A stretch of 64,000 nucleotides of DNA from an uncultured delta proteobacterium (GTDB lineage Bacteria > Desulfobacterota > Syntrophorhabdia > Syntrophorhabdales > WCHB1-27): positions 26,314 through 90,313 of the forward strand of contig CAVYJH010000008.1 in assembly GCA_963768735.1 (NCBI GenBank), written 5' to 3'. The translations under genes were made by a program, and so were the position numbers. Below, piece by piece: positions 1 through 9,096 of this stretch. Below the pieces are notes generated by a model. The model saw only the letters and a program-made list of their open reading frames with translations. It made no database searches and had not been told where the DNA came from. The stretch's first letter is position 1; each line of letters begins with the position of its first letter.

Positions 1-92
1 CTCTCAAGGACATGGTCGATCGGGGTCCGCTCACGTACCGGTTGAACATTGGTGCTGTCTGATTTGTTGGGTGTCGGTTTGGCCTGGGTCAT
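1..92 (-). CDS. hypothetical protein, 5' end only (runs off window start)
   Basis: ATG at 92..90 with AAGGAGG 6 nt upstream. Frame is open to position 1 (MTQAKPTPNKSDSTNVQPVRERTPIDHVLE...). Too short to assign a domain. Confidence 0.4.
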   Translation of the reverse strand, partial: MTQAKPTPNKSDSTNVQPVRERTPIDHVLE

Positions 93-373
93 TTTTTCCT
101 CCTTTTCTTTGGAGAAAAAGCAGGATAAATAATGAACCCCGGCCTATCCGGAGGTCAAGAGATTTTGGTACGTATAGCAGGAAGAAAGGCAGTCGCAGGC
201 AATGAACCCTAACGGGTGGCTTGAAGCCCTGCGCGGAAGTTGATTGAAAGAAAGGCGCGGAAGCGCAAGATCGTACGTCGCCGAGCAAGAGCTCAAAAAA
301 GGCGCACCTAACCTATAGGTAGGAAAGGGTGAGGGCGTGCTTGCCGATACTTCTAAAGGCAAAAGGAGCATTA

Positions 374-655
374 TCAACATCCCGGCTCATTCCCCCGTTT
401 CGTCGGCTTTCTGCCCCGTTTCTTTCCCTCCGTACTTGTTCCTGTTTGCTGTTCTATAAACCGCTCCACTTCCTTCCTCGTGAAAAGCGTGCGGCCGCCG
501 ATCTTTGTGGGGATGAGCTTCCCCTGTCCTATCAGCTTATGGAGGGTAGCCTTGGAGATCCGAAGTAGTTTCGTGACATCGTCGATGGTGAGAAGCTTGA
601 GGTCATCTTCCATAACCACAAGCATATCTCTAACAAAATGTAAGAGCAACGACAA
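374..655 (-). CDS. excisionase-family helix-turn-helix DNA-binding protein (Xis/AlpA-like)
   Basis: LLTIDDVTKLLRISKATLHKLIGQGKLIPTKIGGRTLFTRKEVERFIE fits the excisionase/MerR-type HTH pattern. The first codon of the ORF is TTG, so the real start is probably an internal ATG (625 or 613). Confidence 0.7.
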   Translation of the reverse strand: MSLLLHFVRDMLVVMEDDLKLLTIDDVTKLLRISKATLHKLIGQGKLIPTKIGGRTLFTRKEVERFIEQQTGTSTEGKKRGRKPTKRGNEPGC

Positions 656-680
656 AAATCTGAGAGAGTCCGGGAAAATC

Positions 681-710
681 TTGACACATATTATTATGTC
701 AGACTATAAT
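681..710 (+). promoter_or_regulatory. sigma-70-like promoter (TTGACA-18 nt-TATAAT), divergent from the HTH gene
   Basis: TTGACA at 681..686 and TATAAT at 705..710. The spacer is an imperfect palindrome (TGACACATAT/TATTATGTCA), a possible operator. Confidence 0.45.
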
Positions 711-825
711 GGATATTAACAGATTTTCTCGGAGTTTTAGAGAGTTGACCAAGAAAAAGACACAATAGAAGCGATTTGTCGCCGAGGAACGAACAGAGAT
801 CGGATCACGATGCCCACACCGGAAA

Positions 826-1074
826 ATGATGACTGAGGACCGAAGGACCCTTGACCAATTGACCAAGGAAGACTATCTCAAGGCCCTTGAGGCCGTTCAG
901 GCGGCGTTGTCGGAGTGCGTGGGCAGCCTCATCATTCTCGGAGGCTACCTTGAATCGGACCTTTCTCTCGATTCCGAGAATACGCACCATGTGCTCACGG
1001 CTGCTCGGGATATCGTCCAGGTGGCTTGCCGGTCCGTAAAGAACGCTCTCAGTCATACCTATCCCATTATCTAG
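826..1074 (+). CDS. hypothetical small protein (uncertain)
   Basis: 82-aa ORF downstream of the 681..710 promoter with a helical-looking sequence and no clear RBS. A competing antisense ORF lies at 805..1056. Confidence 0.3.
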   Translation: MMTEDRRTLDQLTKEDYLKALEAVQAALSECVGSLIILGGYLESDLSLDSENTHHVLTAARDIVQVACRSVKNALSHTYPII

Positions 1075-1568
1075 GACGAGGCGCTTGGCGGAAGGCCTTG
1101 CTGGCGGTCACACAATCGTTTCTCCAGAAAGACGATCCGCACCTTTGGGGATAGGTCCTCCTCACGGAACGCCTGGTATCCGAGCTTTTGGTACAGACGA
1201 ATATTGTCGCTGCTTTTTCTGCCCGTGAACAGCTCGAAGCGGTCTGCCTGCGAAAAGACCGCTTCTGCCCTCATCAACAGTTGGGTGCCGATCCCCTTTC
1301 CCTGGCAATCGGGGTGAACGATAAGCCGGCCGATAAGGCAGGTGTTACAATCGAGGGATGCCCTCACCGATCCGACGATTTTGTCCGCGTGTACTGCCTT
1401 CAAGAAAACTTTGGTCTCGAACTCGGCATCGATCTGGGAAAGCGTCTGGGTGAGGGGTGGGATGGTCCAGTCGTCATAGAGCCTTGCTTCGCTTCGGTAC
1501 GCCGCCTTCTGAAGCGCGAGGATCTCAGCGGCATCCTTCACGTCTGCCTCCATTATAGAAATCTGCAT
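1071..1568 (-). CDS. GNAT family N-acetyltransferase
   Basis: 165 aa with an acetyl-CoA-binding-type motif (VHPDCQGKGIGTQLL) and typical GNAT size and layout. Confidence 0.8.
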   Translation of the reverse strand: MQISIMEADVKDAAEILALQKAAYRSEARLYDDWTIPPLTQTLSQIDAEFETKVFLKAVHADKIVGSVRASLDCNTCLIGRLIVHPDCQGKGIGTQLLMRAEAVFSQADRFELFTGRKSSDNIRLYQKLGYQAFREEDLSPKVRIVFLEKRLCDRQQGLPPSASS

Positions 1569-1642
1569 GTTCTTTCTCTTTACACCGGCGTAGTATCACC
1601 GACGAGAGGCGCCCGTTCTGCCCTGACCGGCGCGCCCATTCT

Positions 1643-2038
1643 CTAAGTGTCGATTACTTTCAGCCCCAAGAATTTGACCATGGGGTCGAAATCCCTGTCA
1701 TCGTGCAATAGAGGCAGTCCGTAATGAATGCAGAAGGTGCCGATCATGACGTCTATCGTCTTCCGAACGGTAACGCCCTTTCTCCTGAGGGTTCTGTAAT
1801 TGACGGCGCTCTTCAGAGCCAAGGCGCGGCCGCCCATCGCCATGAACGGCATCCCCAGGAGAAGGTCCCTCGCGATCCTGAAGTCCTTGTCGCTCTGAAA
1901 CCCCTGGAGCACTTCGGTCAGTACCAGATCGCCCATGACGAGCGGGGCATTCCCGAGTGAGGCATCAAGCCAATCCGTGTGAGGCGTCTTTCTGCCGTTG
2001 AAGTAGTCGATCCAGACTGAGGAATCGACAAAGATCAT
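1643..2038 (-). CDS. vapC: PIN-domain ribonuclease toxin VapC
   Basis: MIFVDSSVWIDYF N-terminus plus a C-terminal LLHDDRDF motif. Its start overlaps the upstream antitoxin gene stop by 4 nt. Confidence 0.85.
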   Translation of the reverse strand: MIFVDSSVWIDYFNGRKTPHTDWLDASLGNAPLVMGDLVLTEVLQGFQSDKDFRIARDLLLGMPFMAMGGRALALKSAVNYRTLRRKGVTVRKTIDVMIGTFCIHYGLPLLHDDRDFDPMVKFLGLKVIDT

Positions 2039-2253
2039 TTGTCTATCCGCATCTCGTCAAGGCTGCCGGTCCACTTCAGCTTTCCCCTGAAACCCTTTAT
2101 TCGTTCCTGGTCCTTCATTTTTACCAGTAGTCTCAAGCCCTCTTCAATAGCCTCCTTCTTCGTCTTCTTTCCCGAAGCCTTGAGGGCGGATGCCATCAGG
2201 TCGTCGTCTATCACTACGTTCGTTCTCACCTCTCGCCTCCTTATGTGTATCAA
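2035..2253 (-). CDS. vapB: VapB-type antitoxin (DUF2191-like)
   Basis: 72 aa: RTNVVIDDDLMASALKASGKKTKKEAIEEGLRLLV. Translationally coupled to vapC. Confidence 0.75.
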   Translation of the reverse strand: MIHIRRREVRTNVVIDDDLMASALKASGKKTKKEAIEEGLRLLVKMKDQERIKGFRGKLKWTGSLDEMRIDK

Positions 2254-2394
2254 TATTCCTTATTATACACACTCACACAACTGTTTGGAAGGCCGTCTGC
2301 GGCAGAACCGGGACGTCCCCCGCTTTCAAGAGCGGCTTTGAAACCTTTTATCCTGCCTCACTCGCTGCGAGCGGAAACCATCCGGCAACCCCGT

Positions 2395-4098
2395 TTAAAC
2401 ACTAGCGCCGGCAACGGCCCTCACTGATACAACGGTCTTGAGGTAATCCGTCTTCTGTTTCTCGATATCCGAGGGGTCAGCCGGAAAAAGCCCAATCTTC
2501 ACCGGGACGGCGTAGAGTTCCGGTTGGCGCATGGCGGGAACGCTCGATTGGAAGAGGAACCTCAGGCCGAAATAGCCGTCCTTGATGTCGTAGGCGAGAT
2601 ATCCATGATCCTTGAGTATCCCGGAGAACTCGATCAGGACTGCCTTGTTGTCGGTCTCGAACGATTGACGGACGAGTCGGTAGTCGAGGACCTTCTTTTC
2701 GAAGGCGAGGAGCTTGAGAACCTCACGGACGTAATTCGGTGTGCAATAGACGATGCCCCCGAAGGACATCGCCCCCCAGACGGCTCTCCGGTTTTTGACG
2801 ACGAGTTCATTGATGTGCGGCTGGATGATCTCCGCAAGCCTTGGCAGGTCCAGCCATTCGGTCATGGGCTTTATAGCGAAGGCAGGATCGGCCGATGTGA
2901 TCTCATATTCTCTGGCTCTTGCATCGGCGCCCATGATGATCCTCGCAACGGTGTCGTCTTTGGAAAGAGTGTGGTGGAGGCTGACTGCGTCGGCGACGAT
3001 TTCTGTGAAGACTTCGTTCCCAAGGGGCGAAAGCAACTCTTTCAGCTTGACCTCCCCTGCGGATTCGTGGGTGTGTTTCCTGGGGGTCGAAGACTGCCAC
3101 AACGAGGATACTTTCCCTATGTCGTGGCCAAGGGCGGTGATGATGATGGCGGGGAGCAGGAAGTCGTGCCGCTGCCGCAGTTCCTCACGTGCGATATCGA
3201 GGGCGGCCTCCAGGACATTGTAGGTGTGGTCATAGAGGGAGACACCCCGGAGGATTTCAAGGAAGTGCTCATGCTCCCGCAGATTTTTATACTCGCAATC
3301 GGAGGTTTTGCCTGACCAGCCGACTACCGAGGGGGCGTCGCCGCCCTCATAGAGGAGTCGGAGCAGCTCATCGAGGATCTCCATCGAGGCGACCTCAGCG
3401 AGGAGGGGCCGGTAGGGGGCGATGAGGGCCTCGTAGTCCTCTATCCTCCTTTTGGAGTCCAGCGAGGGAGGCTCATCGAGGAGGCCGGGGAGGGGTGGTT
3501 GAACAACCCGCCTGGTATTGACTATCCGTGCTGTTTCAGCGAGGGGAACACTCAGCGAGTAAGTGCCTTCAGCGAGGAGTTTTTCTGTCGCGGAAGAACG
3601 GCACCTCGGAGTGGCTTCACCTGAATTTGCCGTCTTCTTCCTCTGTCGGAGCCGTATCCTCTCCTTGACTTTCCGTGCGAGCCTCTTCAGAAAGGGAAGC
3701 ATCGTCCCCGGCATGCGGAAGTTGTTCTTAGCCATGTGCGCGACCCTGCCTGGCGTCAGGGTCATATCGTTCTCGAATACCCCCTCCATCCAACCCTCGA
3801 TCTCCGCTGTATTGACGCGGGCGAACCCTTTCGTCACGTAGACGGCCGAGGCTTTGACGCATATGCCCTTGAGGAACTTTTGATTTCCCCTTTCAACCGC
3901 CATCCATGTAACGAAGAGCGTCCTTTTCAGCTTTATGTCCTTTTCGGAGTTCATCCATGCGGTAAATATGGCAACCTTGCGGTTAAGGTCCGCTCCCTCC
4001 ATCCAGCGAAGGAACAGCAGTATGCTCTCCTCCAGGGAAAGACCCATGAGGTCGCCCAGTATTCTTTCGATGATGCCCATTCCTCTGCTTGTAGTCAT
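2395..4098 (-). CDS. large HD-domain protein of unknown function
   Basis: 567 aa with a strong RBS (GGAAGGAGAAG). HD phosphohydrolase signature: LYDHTYNV ... ITALGHDIGK ... SLHHTL ... GADARA. I do not recognise the N-terminal ~300 aa. Confidence 0.7.
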   Translation of the reverse strand: MTTSRGMGIIERILGDLMGLSLEESILLFLRWMEGADLNRKVAIFTAWMNSEKDIKLKRTLFVTWMAVERGNQKFLKGICVKASAVYVTKGFARVNTAEIEGWMEGVFENDMTLTPGRVAHMAKNNFRMPGTMLPFLKRLARKVKERIRLRQRKKTANSGEATPRCRSSATEKLLAEGTYSLSVPLAETARIVNTRRVVQPPLPGLLDEPPSLDSKRRIEDYEALIAPYRPLLAEVASMEILDELLRLLYEGGDAPSVVGWSGKTSDCEYKNLREHEHFLEILRGVSLYDHTYNVLEAALDIAREELRQRHDFLLPAIIITALGHDIGKVSSLWQSSTPRKHTHESAGEVKLKELLSPLGNEVFTEIVADAVSLHHTLSKDDTVARIIMGADARAREYEITSADPAFAIKPMTEWLDLPRLAEIIQPHINELVVKNRRAVWGAMSFGGIVYCTPNYVREVLKLLAFEKKVLDYRLVRQSFETDNKAVLIEFSGILKDHGYLAYDIKDGYFGLRFLFQSSVPAMRQPELYAVPVKIGLFPADPSDIEKQKTDYLKTVVSVRAVAGASV

Positions 4099-4316
4099 CT
4101 CTCTTCTCCTTCCTGTCGGGGTGATATGAATAAATATTCATATACATTGTGTGCGTGACTTTTGCGTAACTCGGATTCCGGCAACAGAAAACCCGTGCCT
4201 GCGCCCGGGTGGATTTCGCTATTCGGCAAACCGCCTAATGAAGATATTCCGGACGTGCCCGACCCATTCCCTGGGTTTGTCCTACTTCCATATTACTTCT
4301 ATGTTTAGCTAATCAT

Positions 4317-4346
4317 AGAAGTAACTATGGTAAGACGGAGATTATG
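4317..4346. repeat. RIT left terminal inverted repeat
   Basis: AGAAGTAACTATGGTAAGACGGAGATTATG. Its reverse complement matches 7753..7782 with one mismatch. Confidence 0.8.
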
Positions 4347-4474
4347 GTAAGATGGCTCTGACCGGCCGCCTCTAACCGCGGCCATTTCTGCGAAGGCCTG
4401 AACAAAATTCTTCACATAATACCCCTCTGAGCGTAAGTCTTTTTCAAACAACGTCATTTTCTAAGGAGGTCTCG

Positions 4475-5728
4475 ATGTTTGAATGGACAAGCCCAAAGGA
4501 ATGTCGTGCGCATTACGAGAAGTGCCGGTATCGGGATCGGATCGACTTGCTCGCCGGGCGGCTGAACGCCCTCGGGTACTACAAACCGGGTATTCCAGTC
4601 AGGGTGCGCGAATGGCTTCGATTCACGAAGTACTGCGAAGATGCAGGTCTGGATGTTCCCGTCAGCTTCCACTCGCCGGATGTGGAGACCTACCTTCGAC
4701 GGCGGTTTCCAGAGGGACGCCAAAACCGCCGCTTTGTAAGGGCTACCCTTAGAATCTTCATCGAAGCCGATGGCCAAGGCAATTTCAGCCGACGGGTCCG
4801 CCGGCCGGCTAAGCCGATGGTGGCGATATTCAATGAATGGGTGGTCCCCTATCTGCGTTTCCTCCGCGAACACCGCGGACTATCAGATGGGACTCTTTGT
4901 CTCAATATGTATTCCCTGCACGAATTCACAGAATTCGTTGACGGAAAGGGCATTAGTGACCTATGCAGTCTCAGCGCTCATCACATCCATGATTTTTGCA
5001 GTAATCGCGGCAGCCGCAGACCATCTACCTGGCTCTGGTGCATGAGCCATGTTCGGTGTTTCCTGAAGTACGTGTTCAGCCATGGCGGGCTGCAGCGTGA
5101 CTTATCGCTCGCAGTAGGGGGGGCAAAACACTTTCGCTATGCGCGGGTTCCTGATGTTTTGACAGAGTCCGATTTCGATAAACTGCTAAGCCATATAAAT
5201 CGATCGAGTCCTACGGGACGAAGGGATTATGCCGTCATTCTGCTGGCAGCTGGATATGGGATGCGCCCCTCTGATATCCGCCAGCTCCGTCTCGACGACA
5301 TTCACTGGCGCGATAACTATATCGCGTTCCGTCAGTCCAAAACGGGCAAGGATGTTACCCTGCCGCTCCTGGCCGAGGTATCGGAGGCGCTTATCGACTA
5401 CCTTCGCGCAGGACGTCCTTCCACCCTCGCACGAAACGTCTTTGTCCGTCATCTGGCGCCGTTCGAGCCGTTCTCATCCAAAGACGGTCTTTCTGATATC
5501 ATGTTCAGAGCGCTCCGCAGGGCTGGCCTTAACCGACGTCCCGGTTCGCGCGGACTCTATGTCCTTCGCCACACCCTTGCTACAAGGATGCTTCGCGCCC
5601 AAATCCCCATGAAGACAATTGGCGACGTACTGGGGCACGCGACGATGAATTCCACCTTTGTGTACACGAAGGTGGATGTGTCAGCACTCAGTTCCGCTTC
5701 CCTGTCGATTGCGGAGGTGCTCTCGTGA
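4475..5728 (+). CDS. tyrosine recombinase (first of trio, RitA position)
   Basis: 417 aa with RBS AAGGAGG. C-terminal catalytic signature: LRHTLATRML ... LGHATMNSTFVYTKV. Confidence 0.9.
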   Translation: MFEWTSPKECRAHYEKCRYRDRIDLLAGRLNALGYYKPGIPVRVREWLRFTKYCEDAGLDVPVSFHSPDVETYLRRRFPEGRQNRRFVRATLRIFIEADGQGNFSRRVRRPAKPMVAIFNEWVVPYLRFLREHRGLSDGTLCLNMYSLHEFTEFVDGKGISDLCSLSAHHIHDFCSNRGSRRPSTWLWCMSHVRCFLKYVFSHGGLQRDLSLAVGGAKHFRYARVPDVLTESDFDKLLSHINRSSPTGRRDYAVILLAAGYGMRPSDIRQLRLDDIHWRDNYIAFRQSKTGKDVTLPLLAEVSEALIDYLRAGRPSTLARNVFVRHLAPFEPFSSKDGLSDIMFRALRRAGLNRRPGSRGLYVLRHTLATRMLRAQIPMKTIGDVLGHATMNSTFVYTKVDVSALSSASLSIAEVLS

Positions 5729-6696
5729 GCGAGAAAACTTTTGCATCGCCCTTAGCCTCTCACCTCCGGCGGTTCCAACAGTTTAAATGCGCTGCCGGAT
5801 ATCGCTACGATTTGAAGGAGACGGAACTGAGGATTATGGACGAGCTCCTCGCTCTGCATCTTTCGCCGACCGATCCCGTCATTACCGATTCCATCGTCAG
5901 GGCTTACGTAACGCTCACAGAAAAGAATGTCATATGCCGTTTGACTGTTATGAGACAGTTCTGCCGCTACCTAGCGCTGGAGGAGCCAAGGACTGCCATC
6001 CCGCCCCGATCCTTTCTCGGCATTCGTCAAAAGCCCTTTATACCGCGCATCCTGACCCGCGACGAAGGAAAGCGGTTCTTGCAGGCATGCCTCTGCTTCA
6101 CCTCTGGGCAGGCTTCTCTACGCCAGGTAGTGCATGGAACGATGCTTCTGGCCCTTTACCTGACAGGCATGCGGGTGGGAGAAGTCTTGTCCCTGCGTCT
6201 CGAGGATGTTGACCTTTCTACCGGGGTCGCCAGGATCCGACAGGGCAAATTCAAAAAGTCGAGACTTGTGCCCTTGGCCAGGGATGTCACCGACCGGATG
6301 GAGCGGTGCCGGCTTCTTGTGGATCAGCATTTGGGCGTGCGGCCTCCAGAGGCCTACTTCTTCCCCGGACCCGAAGGTTCCCGATATACCAGGGATGCGT
6401 TGCGACTCTCGTTCCGGAAGGTTCTATCGGAGGCTGGCATCCCGTACGAAGGAAGGGGCAAGGGGCCTCGCCTGCACGATTTGAGGCATTCCTATGCGAT
6501 TTTGAGGATGATGCTGTGGTACGAGCAGGGCGCCGACCTCGGTGCTCTATTGCCGCTTCTCGCCACCTACCTGGGCCATGTCGGCCTGTCGAGTTCGCAG
6601 TATTATCTTCGCCTGACCGAAGACCTCCTCGGCGTGGTATTAGACCGCTATCAGGAGAGATTCGGACATCTTATCGAAGAAAGGAGAACAGTATGA
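5725..6696 (+). CDS. tyrosine recombinase (second of trio, RitB position)
   Basis: 323 aa. Signature: LHDLRHSYAI ... YLGHVGLSSSQYYLRL. GTG start overlaps the upstream stop. Confidence 0.9.
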   Translation: MSEKTFASPLASHLRRFQQFKCAAGYRYDLKETELRIMDELLALHLSPTDPVITDSIVRAYVTLTEKNVICRLTVMRQFCRYLALEEPRTAIPPRSFLGIRQKPFIPRILTRDEGKRFLQACLCFTSGQASLRQVVHGTMLLALYLTGMRVGEVLSLRLEDVDLSTGVARIRQGKFKKSRLVPLARDVTDRMERCRLLVDQHLGVRPPEAYFFPGPEGSRYTRDALRLSFRKVLSEAGIPYEGRGKGPRLHDLRHSYAILRMMLWYEQGADLGALLPLLATYLGHVGLSSSQYYLRLTEDLLGVVLDRYQERFGHLIEERRTV

Positions 6697-7688
6697 CTAC
6701 CGCCGTACTTTCAACACTGGTCACGGGTTTTTTCATGGTCCACCTTGGGAAAGAACGCAATGCAAGCCGGCATACGGTCATGGCGTACCGCGACAGCCTC
6801 AAAATGTTTCTCTGCTTTGCCGCCAAGCTGTGCAGCCGCACTATCGATTGCCTGGAGCTCGAAAATCTATCAGTGGATGTCATTCTTGACTTTTTGAACT
6901 ACCTCGAAAAGGAAAGGGGAAACACGGTACAGACCCGCAACTTGCGTCTGACCGCCATCCACTCTTTCTTCCGCTACGCCCTAAGCCGCGAGCCGGCGCT
7001 CGCCTCCTTCTGTCAAAGAGTTCTTGCAATACCTTTCAAGAAGACCACCAGGCGGTCGCTCGGCTACCTGACCGAAGAAGAGATGAAGAGCCTTCTTGAC
7101 CACGTAACCCGTAACACAGCAAGGGGCGAGCGCAATTACGTCCTTATCGCATTGCTTTATGATACAGGCGCCAGGGTACAGGAACTGCTTGACCTTAAAC
7201 CCTCCGCCTTTCGTCTGGAGAAACCCGCCTTCGTGCGAGTGACCGGAAAGGGGCGCAAGGAGCGCCTTTGCCCTCTCCTCCCCCAGACTGCCCGTCTTGT
7301 CAGCAATTTTCTGGCCGAGCAAGGGCATAAAGGCGGCCCGTGTTTCTTAAATCGTTACGGACAGCAACTCTCGAGGCACGGCGCACGGTATGTGTTGAAA
7401 AAATACCTCGCCGTTGCCCGGCAAGCGATGCCTCTTTTGGGAAGACCCGGCATCAGTCCCCACTCGCTGAGGCATACGAAGGCCATGCACCTCCTGCAGG
7501 CGGGAATACCGCCGGTTACCATCAGAGATATCCTCGGACACGCCGATATCAAATCAACCGAGGTCTACGTGGAGACGGATATGGAAATGAGGCGAAAAGC
7601 GCTGGAGCGCGTAGGCACTCCATCCAAAGCGAAGAAGCGCGGCAAACCTCTCTCGCGAGACCTGCTGAAATGGTTGGAGTCTCTATAG
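6693..7688 (+). CDS. tyrosine recombinase (third of trio, RitC position)
   Basis: The ORF track begins at 6306, but ATG at 6693 (RBS AAGGAG, ATGA overlap) is the sensible start. Signature: LRHTKAMHLL ... LGHADIKSTEVYVETD. Confidence 0.9.
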   Translation: MTTAVLSTLVTGFFMVHLGKERNASRHTVMAYRDSLKMFLCFAAKLCSRTIDCLELENLSVDVILDFLNYLEKERGNTVQTRNLRLTAIHSFFRYALSREPALASFCQRVLAIPFKKTTRRSLGYLTEEEMKSLLDHVTRNTARGERNYVLIALLYDTGARVQELLDLKPSAFRLEKPAFVRVTGKGRKERLCPLLPQTARLVSNFLAEQGHKGGPCFLNRYGQQLSRHGARYVLKKYLAVARQAMPLLGRPGISPHSLRHTKAMHLLQAGIPPVTIRDILGHADIKSTEVYVETDMEMRRKALERVGTPSKAKKRGKPLSRDLLKWLESL

Positions 7689-8487
7689 GAGATATGTGAA
7701 GGGAATGACTTCGTATTCTCGGGCCAGTCCCCGCGATGGAGGTGCATCGCAACATAATCTCCATCTTACCATAGTTACTTCTTGGTGAAAGCGGTGAGGC
7801 GGGCGTTGATGCCGTCGAGTCTGCTCGACGGAAAGGACCGTTCTTCCGGAAAGGATCTGCCCCAGGTCCTCTCACGGTGATGGCCCTGACCCATCGGAGT
7901 CCTTCGATGTCGAGGACGGCCTGCGGGTTCGTGAAGACGACGGCGCCGTGAAACCAGAAACCGTCAGTGTGCCCGAGCATTTCCTTGAGCTTTCTAATAT
8001 TGCGGTATAGCTGAGCGCCGGGGTCGCCGAGCTGAACCCGATAGAGAGTTCCCTTTCGGCCCATCTTGATCCGCGCCCAAACTCCATTCCGATAGAAAAT
8101 GAGCCCGTGATGGTGCTTTACTTCGAAGACGAAGGGCCCAGAGGGGCCGACGAGAACGCAGTCGATATCGGAGTTCCTCCCGTTGCCGTTCAAGGGGAGG
8201 TTATAGTAGGCAGTGTAGTGGTCACCCAGTCCCGACGAGAGAAGATGGGCTCTGAGCACCTGCTCGCCCCGCATTCCGCACCGGTAAGCTGTATAGACAG
8301 GACCGCGCGTGGCCGCTACGAAAAGGGCCATCACGACGGCGACCAGGCCTGATACAAGGATGATGGCCGCGCCGATAGCAACTCCGGTGAGTACAAGGCT
8401 CATGGCGACCACGGCTGAGGCAACGCAGGCCACAAGGCTCTTCTTCGCCTGTTTCTCGAGATAGTCAGAAAAAAACACCTCTTTCAT
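7549..8487 (-). CDS. NERD-domain protein with N-terminal TM segments; 3' end reads into the RIT terminus
   Basis: Two hydrophobic helices, then the NERD pattern (RGEQVLRAHL ... DIDCVLVGPSGPFVFEVKHH ... VVFTN). After ~235 codons the frame crosses the RIT right repeat, so the last ~75 codons are probably not native. Confidence 0.65.
   Translation of the reverse strand: MKEVFFSDYLEKQAKKSLVACVASAVVAMSLVLTGVAIGAAIILVSGLVAVVMALFVAATRGPVYTAYRCGMRGEQVLRAHLLSSGLGDHYTAYYNLPLNGNGRNSDIDCVLVGPSGPFVFEVKHHHGLIFYRNGVWARIKMGRKGTLYRVQLGDPGAQLYRNIRKLKEMLGHTDGFWFHGAVVFTNPQAVLDIEGLRWVRAITVRGPGADPFRKNGPFRRADSTASTPASPLSPRSNYGKMEIMLRCTSIAGTGPRIRSHSLHISPIETPTISAGLAREVCRASSLWMECLRAPALFASFPYPSPRRPRLI
7753..7782. repeat. 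RIT right terminal inverted repeat
   Basis: CATAATCTCCATCTTACCATAGTTACTTCT is the reverse complement of the left repeat (29/30). Confidence 0.8.
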
Positions 8488-8993
8488 GGGTTCCTCCTGG
8501 CCATACGTTACGTCCGGCTGTCGGCAAGGTCAACAAAAGCCGGAAAAGTCCATTAAAGCTGTCCGGAAGCTTGACTTTAGCGGCTTAGCCGGCACTTGCC
8601 GGCCTTATTGTCACTTCCAACCGGGGCCGGATATGGAAGAAACTGGCGAGCGCGGGGCACGTAACGATTGAGGTTAGCCGAGTTGCACGGCTACCGAGGG
8701 GCGAGCTATGTCGGATCCCTACCTGTGATCGCACGATTGGAGAATCCCAACCTAATAGCGTAAAATGGAACATCATTGGCCTATGGAGGCTTTCCGTCTG
8801 CCGGCTGGAAAGGCCCATGCGCGTTGGGCCCTTGATCCGTTTCCGAGCAGGCACTTCCTTTATGACCATTGACTATGAACTTCAAGCGCGAAAGACGCTG
8901 ATATCATTCTGTGTCAAGATATCTCTTTCGAAAACCTTTGACATCAAAAAGCGCCGGTGGGTATACTTACCATCGAAGGGCAGAAGGAAAAAT

Positions 8994-9028
8994 TGTAACC
9001 TTTTTTGTAACCGTGCTGAAGTGTAACC
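8994..9028 (+). repeat. three direct TGTAACC repeats
   Basis: TGTAACC at 8994, 9006 and 9022, followed by GACCG/ACCGGT motifs. Lies ~115 nt left of the tRNA fragment. Confidence 0.5.
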
Positions 9029-9096
9029 GACCGTTTTTGACCGGTTCTTACCGGTACACGAAAAGAGGATAAATTGTTGACTGTCAACGGATTACA

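Larger units (their letters stand above)
4317..7782 (+). mobile_element. recombinase-in-trio (RIT) element: three overlapping tyrosine recombinase genes bounded by 30-bp inverted repeats
   Basis: Three tandem tyrosine recombinase ORFs with 4-nt start/stop overlaps (GTGA at 5725..5728, ATGA at 6693..6696). Terminal inverted repeats match 29/30. Confidence 0.8.

Noticed and set aside
805-1056. 83-aa - strand ORF overlapping 826..1074
   Set aside because: It has no RBS and no promoter context. The + strand ORF lies downstream of a good promoter, and even that one is reported only at low confidence.
6306-6692. N-terminal 129-codon extension of the third recombinase in the ORF track
   Set aside because: It lies entirely inside the second recombinase gene in another frame. 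ATG 6693, with an RBS and an ATGA overlap, gives a normal-length recombinase.
8585-9026. ORFs 8585..8869 (-) and 8817..9026 (+) in the gap between the NERD gene and the tRNA fragment
   Set aside because: They have no RBS, odd composition and no motifs. The region is better explained as non-coding island-end sequence containing repeats.
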